This document shows, piece after piece, positions 50,208-57,969 of a stretch of DNA of 57,969 bases. The stretch lies in contig JAIRXJ010000017.1 in the NCBI GenBank assembly GCA_031268375.1, positions 1 to 57,969 of the forward strand, read 5' to 3'. Source of the stretch: Puniceicoccales bacterium. Its GTDB lineage: Bacteria; Verrucomicrobiota; Verrucomicrobiia; Opitutales; JAIRKQ01. The notes below the pieces were generated by a model that saw only the letters and a list, made by a program, of their open reading frames with translations, had not been told where the DNA came from and made no database searches. Each line of letters starts with the position of its first letter. Within the stretch, counting starts at the first letter, position 1. The translations under genes and the position numbers were made by a program.

Positions 50208-50918
50208 ATGAAAATAGGTGGCATACAGAAAATTTCTCTTATCGATTTCCCTGGCAAAATTTCCTGCGTATTATTTACGCAGGGATGTAACTTCTGTTGC
50301 CCATTTTGCCACAACGAGTCCTTGGTTTTACCTGAAAAATTTGGGCCTCCCATGGAAGAGAATGAAGTATTTAATTTTTTAAACGCTAAAAAGGGAAAAA
50401 TTGAAGCCGTGGTAATATCCGGAGGAGAACCCACTTTGCAGGGCGACTTGGAAGACTTTTTAAAAAAAATAAAAGAGCTTGGTTTTCTGACAAAATTGGA
50501 TACCAATGGTTCGCGGCCAGAAGTCTTGGACAGCCTATACAAGGCGAAACTATTGGACTACGTTGCCATGGACATCAAGCACAGGTTCGAGAGGTATGCC
50601 GAAATCGCTAACGTTTCTGTTAGTATGGATAAAATAAAACGATCCGTAGATTTGATTAAAAACAGTGGGGTAGACTATGAATTCCGCACAACGGTCGTTT
50701 CAGAGTTTCATACATCCTATGACATAAGAAGTATAATATTCCAATTGTCTGGAGCAAAACGGTTTGTCCTGCAAGAATTTATTCCAGAACATGCCATGAA
50801 TAAGAATTTAAACAACGACGATTCTATTTTTGCTCTCCAAAATAAAATCATCCTAAGAGACATAATTAGTTTTGCCGAATCCCACATAGGAGAGTTCAAA
50901 ATTCGAGCGGCAAATTAG
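50208..50918 (+). CDS. Radical-SAM glycyl-radical-enzyme activase family protein (NrdG/PflA-like)
   Basis: FTQGCNFCCPFCHN (CxxxCxxC cluster) preceded by SLIDFPGKISCVLF, and SGGEPTLQ SAM-binding motif. 236 aa. Confidence 0.8.
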   Translation: MKIGGIQKISLIDFPGKISCVLFTQGCNFCCPFCHNESLVLPEKFGPPMEENEVFNFLNAKKGKIEAVVISGGEPTLQGDLEDFLKKIKELGFLTKLDTNGSRPEVLDSLYKAKLLDYVAMDIKHRFERYAEIANVSVSMDKIKRSVDLIKNSGVDYEFRTTVVSEFHTSYDIRSIIFQLSGAKRFVLQEFIPEHAMNKNLNNDDSIFALQNKIILRDIISFAESHIGEFKIRAAN

Positions 50919-51050
50919 GTATGATTTCGAAAATATAATCTTCCCCGTGGAAAGGAACGATTTGCTAAAAATTTTCCTTTGTGGGTAAATAAAGGTTGAC
51001 TAAATGTGTATGTCCATAATATTTCCTCATCCTCAATAAAGTTTTATATT

Positions 51051-51566
51051 ATGCCAATAGATACTTTTACAAACATCCTCCATGAGTTCGCAAGTAGAAT
51101 AAATTTGTCTGGATTACAAATTGATTCGTCTGGATATTGCTGCTTAGATGTGGATCAGGGAACGCTTATCCACATAAAACACGAAAACAAGCGCGACTCT
51201 ATGATATTTATTGCCGAAATCGGCCAAATTCCGGAAACCAATGCCGGAGCGGTGTTGCGCTACTTGCTCCGAATGAACAATAATCCGGAGGAAAGCAAAG
51301 GAATGACCCTGTCCTATAATGTGGAAAGTAACAATGCTGCCATTGGGTACCAATTTCCGTTGAGGTTTATGAACATAGATAAATTCGAAGAATTTTTCAA
51401 AATGTTCTTGGACGAAGTAGATCGTTGGAAGCAAAAGATGGTCCTCTACATACAAGGGACATTGCCAAAGGGAGAAGAGGCATCGGGTGGAGACGGCGGA
51501 GGAACATTATCTCCAACAGATTCAACTTTCCAAGGAAGTGTTCCCGAATTCATAATAGGGGCATGA
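51051..51566 (+). CDS. CesT/Tir-chaperone-like type III secretion chaperone candidate with Gly-rich C-terminal tail
   Basis: Start taken at MPIDTF. The pattern FTNILHEFASRINLSGLQIDSSGYCCLDVDQGTLIHIKHENKRDSMIFIAEIGQIP...VLRYLLRMNN...FEEFFKMFLDEVDRWK matches the usual class I chaperone layout. Tail is GEEASGGDGGG. Confidence 0.5.
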   Translation: MPIDTFTNILHEFASRINLSGLQIDSSGYCCLDVDQGTLIHIKHENKRDSMIFIAEIGQIPETNAGAVLRYLLRMNNNPEESKGMTLSYNVESNNAAIGYQFPLRFMNIDKFEEFFKMFLDEVDRWKQKMVLYIQGTLPKGEEASGGDGGGTLSPTDSTFQGSVPEFIIGA

Positions 51567-51665
51567 GGAATGTTTTCTATCTAAAAATTTGACCGGTCCA
51601 ATCGATGGGCGGGCATGGGAATTTGTCGGAAGTGGTTTTAGCAAGGGTCAAAGAGGTAGCGTTTT

Positions 51666-53204
51666 TTGATTTTTTCGTTGGAGCTTTTACATAAAAATAA
51701 TAGCGTCAATTCCGTGCGAATTAGATTTTCTTCTATCACAGTTATAGTGAGCTGTGTTTTCTTTTTAATTTTCCTGAGTGGTACTGCCCATGCTATCACC
51801 CATTCCACCATAAATTTTCCCATATCTCTACAGGAGTATCAAGCGTTGGAAGCCGGGAAAAACCTTTCGTTGGGGGGGATTTTAAAACATCGCATACAAG
51901 TTTCACCATTTAATTTGATCGCAACGACCCTGTTTCTGTGCGCAATTGTCCATACTTTCTTCGCCTCACAATTCATAGGGTTGTCTAAAAAAATTGCTGA
52001 CTCCAATGGGGGAAATTTACCGGGCAAACACTTTTTAGCAACCGTTTGCCATTTTTTCGGAGAGGTTGAAGCAGTTTTTGGGATTTGGGCAATTCCGCTG
52101 TTAATCTGCGTGGCCATCTTTTTCGGATGGCATGCGCTGGGACATTATTTCAACGGTGTCGTGAGTTTTGCGGAACCAATTTTTGTCGTCATTATTATGG
52201 CCATTTCGGCCACACGCCCGGTTTTGTCGTTTGCAGAGTCTATTTTGCAGCAAATTGCCAGCCTGGGAAAAAGAACGGTGGCGGCCTGGTGGATATCCAT
52301 TCTGACCGTCGCTCCATTTATGGGATCATTTATTACCGAACCCGCCGCCATGACCATAGGGGCCATGTTGCTTGCAAAACAATTTTACGATCTGCAACCT
52401 TCGAAAAAATTATGCTATGCTACCCTAGGATTGTTGTTCGTGAATGTCTCCGTCGGTGGAACATTGACCCATTTTGCAGCACCACCCATATTGATGGTTG
52501 CACACAAATGGCACCTAACGATTGGTCGAGTGTTTAGGTTACTAGGGTCGCATGCCATCGTGGGAGTCATTGCCAGTACACTGGTATACTATTTAATTTT
52601 CAGAAAAGAATTTTCCGATCTTCAAAGTAGATGTGGCGGTATCGATAAAAAACGGGATAGCAATAAGGCAATTCCGGTGGCGATTACCATTACCCACTGC
52701 CTATTCCTGGCGTGGACAGTATTAAATTTGCATACCCCCGCGCTGGTAATAGCAGGATTTTTATTTTTCCTAGCATTTGTGAAAGCCACTAAAACATATC
52801 AGGACGATGTGAGCTTGAAATCTCCCATTTTAGTCGGATTTTTCCTGGCTAGCCTGGTAACTTTTGGAGGGTTACAGGAGTGGTGGATATCTCCGGTACT
52901 AAGGAGTTTAAAAGAATTTCAGTTGTTTGTCGGTTCTACAATTTTGACCGCATTCAACGACAACGCGGCCATAACCTATTTATCTTCCCTCGTTGGCGAA
53001 TTTTCCACAAATCCATCCATGCAAAAGGCGGTCCTATCGGGGGCTGTAACGGGCGGAGGATTAACGGTGATAGCCAATGCCCCAAATCCTGCCGGGCAGA
53101 ATGTTTTGTCGAAATATTTCGTCGGTGGAATCTCGCCCCTATATTTATTCTTGGGAGCCATAGTTCCTACGCTATTGGTAGCCCTATGCTTTAACTGTTG
53201 GTAA
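51666..53204 (+). CDS. Multi-pass membrane permease (ion-transporter-superfamily-like, function unknown)
   Basis: 512-aa ORF (TTG start) with at least 10 hydrophobic segments. Motifs GSFITEPAAMTIGAML and VIANAPNPAG. I do not recognise the family precisely. Confidence 0.55.
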   Translation: MIFSLELLHKNNSVNSVRIRFSSITVIVSCVFFLIFLSGTAHAITHSTINFPISLQEYQALEAGKNLSLGGILKHRIQVSPFNLIATTLFLCAIVHTFFASQFIGLSKKIADSNGGNLPGKHFLATVCHFFGEVEAVFGIWAIPLLICVAIFFGWHALGHYFNGVVSFAEPIFVVIIMAISATRPVLSFAESILQQIASLGKRTVAAWWISILTVAPFMGSFITEPAAMTIGAMLLAKQFYDLQPSKKLCYATLGLLFVNVSVGGTLTHFAAPPILMVAHKWHLTIGRVFRLLGSHAIVGVIASTLVYYLIFRKEFSDLQSRCGGIDKKRDSNKAIPVAITITHCLFLAWTVLNLHTPALVIAGFLFFLAFVKATKTYQDDVSLKSPILVGFFLASLVTFGGLQEWWISPVLRSLKEFQLFVGSTILTAFNDNAAITYLSSLVGEFSTNPSMQKAVLSGAVTGGGLTVIANAPNPAGQNVLSKYFVGGISPLYLFLGAIVPTLLVALCFNCW

Positions 53205-53347
53205 AGGGTTCCAATTTTGGTGGGGGAATTAATTGTTCCCTATTCGACCCCCTGAGCTAGTGTTTATCGGGGATAAAACTTTTTCTACAACTGGAGCTTG
53301 AAATGTAAGGGAATAGAGGTAGAAAAATTGTATTCAGTGGTTTTTAA

Positions 53348-56300
53348 ATGTTACCCCATACGGAGCAAAAAATGAGCATTCAGAAAAATTTGGAATTAAA
53401 ACGCGTGATTAGCACCCCCATAGAAGAAAAGCCGCGATTCGATTGGAAACGTCTCGTCGAAAATGATAGCGAGTGTGTCTGTGAGTACTACAATATTGGA
53501 GAAATTGCAGATAAAATCGGAGAGACGGTCGTGGACATTTCCTTGGTTAATGGGCAGTCCGATATTTTCGACGATGCGAACAAGCGATTGGTCATTTCGT
53601 TGACCAGACAAGTTTGTCGCTGTATCAATCTACGGGAAACCTGTCCACCCAGCCAAGATCTTGTGAATGACGCCATTGAAGAAATTTTAGTAAGAAATAA
53701 TAGGAGGGAAATGGCCCATGCCTTTGTGGCGAAGTGTAGGTTCGAAAACGAATACTATAGGCGAATCAAAGAAAGTCACAAATTAAGCTTAATCAGGCGA
53801 GATGGCAGTGTCGTGCCATGGAATATTGAAAAAATAAAACATGCGGTTGAATTGGCATTTATTTCCCAACACCAAAGCCCCGAGCGGGCTGATAAAATCT
53901 CTCGGGCAGTGACAAAGAATATATTGGATGAAGGGTTGTCATTCATTCATATTGAAAATGTTCAAGATTGCGTACAGGAAGAATTGATGCGCCAGGGGGA
54001 GTATAAGATCGCCGAGGCATATATCCTGTACAGGGCTGAACGGGCGAAATTGAGGGAACTGTCAGACATTGAGAAAGAATATACAGCAACTCAGGATCAG
54101 GGACCCATTATCGTGGTGAAGAATGCCGACGATGATAGCTTTTTGTGGGATGGATCAGAGCTGCACAAACGAATAGCGTTCGCGAACGCAGGCCTTGATT
54201 CACACCTAACATTCGATGAAATATTGTCATCCCTGCAGGAAGGGATTTCGTCGGAAGTTAGTATTTCGGAATTAAAAAATTATATCATCAAAAATGCACA
54301 GCGGTTAATAGAAAAAGATCCCGTCTTGGCAGTATTTGCATCGAGGATACAGTTGCTTTATTTGTATGAGGACATATTCGATTGGAACTGTACCACCGAT
54401 AGCCTAGAATGTTTGAACGGAAAACAGGCGGTTGCTTTTGTAAAATATGTCAAAACAGCAGTTGCGGATAACCTACTTCACGGGGACATGCTCAAGTATG
54501 ATCTTAAACAGCTTTCTCAGGTCATGGATATCACCTATGACCGTGAGTTCGACGCCATAGCCTTGCAAAGTCTAAAGGATCACTATTTCATGCGGAATTT
54601 TGATAATCGAATTTTAGAAACTCCCCAGATGCTTTGGATGCGTGCCGCGATGGGAGCATTTCTGGCAAAGGAACATGCCGAAGGCGACGTCATCGAATGC
54701 TACAAATTGATGCGGGACAGAAAGTTCTGCCTGGCAACCCCCACTTTGTACTATGCGGGAACACCGAAACCCCAGATGATGTCGAGCTACGTCTTTCACA
54801 TTGAAGATAACATGCAAAGCATCATGACCCGTGGAATTTCCGACAATGCTTTCATCGCAAAGTGGGGAGGAGGCATTGGAGGCTCTTGGACCAGCGTCCG
54901 CGAAAAAGGTGCAAGAATTTCGGGAACTAGGGGACGAGCCCCCGGAGTGATACCATTTCTACAACTCCACCAGCACCAGTTAGCCATTGCAAATCAGGGG
55001 ACCGAGCGCCGCAGAGGTCGCGGAGCAGCGTATCTGGAAATTTGGCACAACGACATAATGGAGTTTATAGACTATCGCAAAAGGCATGTAAATGGAAGCG
55101 TACCGGATGATACCCTTGGGACAGTACTATGGATCCCGGATATTTTCATGCACCGCCTACAACAGGATGCCGATTGGACGTTGTTTAATTCAGAAGATGC
55201 CAGAGGTTTACATGAATTTTACGGTGATGAATTTGATAAAAAATATGGAGAGCTGGAACGGCGTGTTATGGAGGGTAAAGCCTCCGGCAAAATGGTAACG
55301 TGTCGAGAGGTTTGGCAAAAAGTCATGCAGCGAATTTTTGAGGCAGGATACCCCAAGATTGCATTTAAGGATACGTGCAATCGGGCGAACATGTGCAAAA
55401 ATGGTACAATTCACGCGGCAGGGTTGTGCCTGGAACACGTCATGAACACAACCTACGGTGAGACTGCCGTGTGCAATACGGGTGCATTGGACATCAACAA
55501 ACATTTGACCTCGGATGGTTCCCTCGATAAAAATGCCCTATGCCATACGATAGCGGTCGCCACCCGCACGTTGGATGCGATGATAGACGCTAATTTTTTC
55601 TCTTCACAGGCCGCTGAAATATTTGCCCAAAAATACCGGGCCATAGGGTTGGGCATGATGGGATTACAAAATGCACTCTACAACAAAAATCTTTCATTTA
55701 ATTCCGAAGAAGCCATCAGGTTCGGCGAGGAATGTGCGGAAATAATTTCCTATGAAACAATCAAAGAGTCATGTGAACTGGCAAAAAAATATGGAGCCTG
55801 CCAAATATTTGAATCTTCGGAATGGGCAAAGGGGAAGCTACCATTTGACTTTTCCAAGGATAAAAACCCTGGCACATTATCCTGGGATATTCTGCGGGAC
55901 GAGGTAAAGAAAAACGGCATAAGAAATGCGTATTTGAATGCATTTTCCCCTACGAGAAAAATTGCCCGCCTTTTGGGATGCTATCCCGAGTTATCTCCGG
56001 CGACGAAAAATGTTTTCACAAAGCGTTTGGACGATAATTACGAAATGATGATTATTTCCCCAGAATTGGTAAGAATTTTGAAAAAATCTGGCATTTGGAA
56101 TAAGGCAATCCATAAGCAAATTCGATATTTTGAAGGTGAATTGGCTGCCATCGATGAGATTCCCGAATCCATAAGGGAAATGTTTTCCACCGCCTACATG
56201 ATTGACAATGAGGCAATCATCGAAGGAGCTGCCCGGCGACAAAAATGGATCGATCAATCCCAGTCCCTGAGGTTGTTCCTGGGAAGTCCAAATCTAAAAA

Positions 56301-56506
56301 CCCTATCGGATATGTTTGTCATTGCTTGGAGAAAAGGGATCAAAGGGATTTATGATGTTAAATCGGCGGGTTTTTTCTCCGGCATGAACATGGTTGATCC
56401 CTGCGAGAATCATCAGGGGCTGAATAATTTTCAACAACCGAATTACACCGATAGCACCGATGCCGTGATGAATGCTTTGGCCAAACTCAATGAGATAAAC
56501 AGATAA
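53348..56506 (+). CDS. nrdA: Ribonucleotide reductase large-chain homologue (class-I-like, N-terminal ATP-cone segments) with non-canonical active-site residues
   Basis: ATP-cone KLSLIRRDGSVVPWNIEKIKHAVE (aa 145-168). Barrel motifs ATPTLYYAGTPKPQ, WGGGIGGSW, AAYLEIWHNDIMEF, GLCLEH, ETAVCN, WIDQSQSL. Substitutions are described in the findings. Confidence 0.85.
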   Translation: MLPHTEQKMSIQKNLELKRVISTPIEEKPRFDWKRLVENDSECVCEYYNIGEIADKIGETVVDISLVNGQSDIFDDANKRLVISLTRQVCRCINLRETCPPSQDLVNDAIEEILVRNNRREMAHAFVAKCRFENEYYRRIKESHKLSLIRRDGSVVPWNIEKIKHAVELAFISQHQSPERADKISRAVTKNILDEGLSFIHIENVQDCVQEELMRQGEYKIAEAYILYRAERAKLRELSDIEKEYTATQDQGPIIVVKNADDDSFLWDGSELHKRIAFANAGLDSHLTFDEILSSLQEGISSEVSISELKNYIIKNAQRLIEKDPVLAVFASRIQLLYLYEDIFDWNCTTDSLECLNGKQAVAFVKYVKTAVADNLLHGDMLKYDLKQLSQVMDITYDREFDAIALQSLKDHYFMRNFDNRILETPQMLWMRAAMGAFLAKEHAEGDVIECYKLMRDRKFCLATPTLYYAGTPKPQMMSSYVFHIEDNMQSIMTRGISDNAFIAKWGGGIGGSWTSVREKGARISGTRGRAPGVIPFLQLHQHQLAIANQGTERRRGRGAAYLEIWHNDIMEFIDYRKRHVNGSVPDDTLGTVLWIPDIFMHRLQQDADWTLFNSEDARGLHEFYGDEFDKKYGELERRVMEGKASGKMVTCREVWQKVMQRIFEAGYPKIAFKDTCNRANMCKNGTIHAAGLCLEHVMNTTYGETAVCNTGALDINKHLTSDGSLDKNALCHTIAVATRTLDAMIDANFFSSQAAEIFAQKYRAIGLGMMGLQNALYNKNLSFNSEEAIRFGEECAEIISYETIKESCELAKKYGACQIFESSEWAKGKLPFDFSKDKNPGTLSWDILRDEVKKNGIRNAYLNAFSPTRKIARLLGCYPELSPATKNVFTKRLDDNYEMMIISPELVRILKKSGIWNKAIHKQIRYFEGELAAIDEIPESIREMFSTAYMIDNEAIIEGAARRQKWIDQSQSLRLFLGSPNLKTLSDMFVIAWRKGIKGIYDVKSAGFFSGMNMVDPCENHQGLNNFQQPNYTDSTDAVMNALAKLNEINR

Positions 56507-56539
56507 AATTTCACATGGAGCTCGCATCCGATCGGATAA

Positions 56540-57874
56540 TTGGTATCATTCTCAATGAAAGAACATATCGATTCTATTTTTATCCCTTCCATTGGCCATT
56601 GGTTGGATGGCAAAAAACCGGAACAGGTTGCGAGGTTTTGCACTGACACACGTTCGCTGTGTCCAGGCGATTGCTATGTTGCCCTAACCGACATGCGGGA
56701 TGGGCACATTTTTCTCGGAGATGCTAGGACTAACGGTGCCTCATGTGCTATTGTTTCCCGCCCAAAACCCTCCATTGACCTGCCTCAATTTGTTTGTGAC
56801 GATCCAAATGTAGCCATGGTCAAAATGGCAAAGCTAGCACGATCGATGTTCAGGGGCACAATGATCGCCATCACTGGAAGTTTTGGAAAAACCACAACAA
56901 AAGATATTTTAAAGTTGCTCCTTGGCATTGAAAAAAATGTAACGCTTGAAAACAAAAATGGTCAGCGGGGGGTGCCCATGACGCTTGCCACCGTGACCAA
57001 TGGTGAATCCTTTGCGGTCGTCGAAGTTGGCATTGATGCTATTTCTACAATGGATAGGCTTGTGGAACTTATTGTGCCCCACATTGCCATACTGACGGGA
57101 ATCGGCAAGATTCACATGTCAGGGATGGGGAGTGAATCCACAATCGCCCGTGAAAAAAGCAAATTATTGGAGAAGGCCATAAAAAATAATGGCCATGGAA
57201 TATTTCCCGAAGAATGCCTGAGGTTTAGTGCTTGCCGAAAAATTCAAGGGCACTGTAGGGTTGTCAAAGAAAATGGAGAAGATATGTGCTACCATATGGC
57301 TACGAAAGGTGACCAATATCATGTCACGGTGACGTTTTGGGGAAAAGATTTAACCTTTGCCATGCCTCGTCTGATGAGCCAAGGAATTGTCAAGAATTTT
57401 GTCCTGGCATGTATCTGTGCCCTAGAATGTGGCATAGGAGCGGCTAATATTCAAAAGCGTATCAGTCTGTGGAAGCCGTCCAAATGGCGTGGAGAAATCA
57501 TAGCGACGACACCAAGGACATATTTCGCCGATTGCTACAATGCAAACTTCATAGCCTTTGCCAACTCCCTGGCTCAGTTCGACCGATTATTTCCCCATGG
57601 GAGTCGGCTATTTATCATTGGCGCCTTGATCCGTTGTGAGGTAGGGGATGGCGTGATTGATGACAATGCCACCCTTTTTCAAAATTTGCCACTCCGTGAA
57701 AATGATGGGGTGATCGTCATAGGGGAATCTGAGAACTTTTCGATGGATACCATAAATTGCGATTGGAAAGTATTTCCATCGGCATCACAGGCAATGGAAA
57801 TGGTAACAAATTTTCATGGGGTTGTATACCTAAAGGGCCATCGCATCTACGGGTTGGAAAGTTTAATATGTTAA
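56540..57874 (+). CDS. murF: UDP-N-acetylmuramoyl-tripeptide--D-alanyl-D-alanine ligase
   Basis: DTRSLCPGDCYVALTDMRDGHIF, Mur-ligase P-loop AITGSFGKTTTKD, NKNGQRGVPMTL, EVGIDAIS. TTG at 56540 or ATG at 56555. Confidence 0.8.
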   Translation: MVSFSMKEHIDSIFIPSIGHWLDGKKPEQVARFCTDTRSLCPGDCYVALTDMRDGHIFLGDARTNGASCAIVSRPKPSIDLPQFVCDDPNVAMVKMAKLARSMFRGTMIAITGSFGKTTTKDILKLLLGIEKNVTLENKNGQRGVPMTLATVTNGESFAVVEVGIDAISTMDRLVELIVPHIAILTGIGKIHMSGMGSESTIAREKSKLLEKAIKNNGHGIFPEECLRFSACRKIQGHCRVVKENGEDMCYHMATKGDQYHVTVTFWGKDLTFAMPRLMSQGIVKNFVLACICALECGIGAANIQKRISLWKPSKWRGEIIATTPRTYFADCYNANFIAFANSLAQFDRLFPHGSRLFIIGALIRCEVGDGVIDDNATLFQNLPLRENDGVIVIGESENFSMDTINCDWKVFPSASQAMEMVTNFHGVVYLKGHRIYGLESLIC

Positions 57875-57969
57875 AACTGATAATTATGGTGATAATTCAA
57901 AATCTTCAAAGAAAATGAGGATAATTCAAAATCATATGGACAAAATTTTAGGCGGGCGATCCGTTGTCC

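Noticed and set aside
53205-53347. NrdR boxes upstream of the RNR homologue
   Set aside because: I looked for paired 16-bp palindromes of the ACACwAtATaTwGTGT type here and upstream of the activase (50031-50207) and found none. Absence by eye is weak evidence, so I report it only as not seen.

Overview
This is a dense bacterial chromosomal segment with about 50 protein-coding genes, no rRNA, no intact tRNA and no CRISPR array. GC looks low-to-mid 40s by eye; I did not compute it.

Housekeeping genes recognisable from the translations:
- bioW-bioF, glgP, ppdK, thrS, eno, ddl, priA, kpsF, prfB and murF
- a PiT phosphate permease
- an OMF-MFP-RND efflux operon whose last gene overlaps a sigma-54-type activator
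- atpA-atpG-atpD-atpC
- an NrdG-type radical-SAM activase
- a class-I-like ribonucleotide reductase (RNR) large-chain homologue

Accessory or orphan content lies between them:
- two tandem-repeat proteins
- a tandem pair of paralogous orphan genes
- an OTU-domain (deubiquitinase-like) protein with a proline-rich linker
- an alpha/beta-hydrolase-like orphan and a HAD-like orphan
- a CesT-like type III secretion chaperone candidate
- a TyrP-type permease bracketed by an 81-bp direct repeat
- two decayed IS5-family transposase remnants in inverted orientation

The gene mix suggests a host-associated member of the Chlamydiae/PVC-like group. The supporting genes are the CesT-like chaperone, TyrP, the NtrC-type activator without an HTH, the OTU protein, KpsF, PPDK and GlgP. 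This is inference only.

Observations I rank highest:
1. The RNR alpha homologue keeps the fold motifs and the thiyl Cys, but it carries non-canonical residues at several catalytic and radical-transfer positions and has no nrdB neighbour.
2. The OTU-domain effector candidate.
3. A single in-frame TGA splits a long repeat gene where the sister repeat unit has TTA.
4. Inverted IS5 remnants bound an 11-kb block of housekeeping genes.
5. An 81-bp direct repeat flanks the tyrP cassette.

All domain calls come from reading motifs in the supplied translations. No database search was run.
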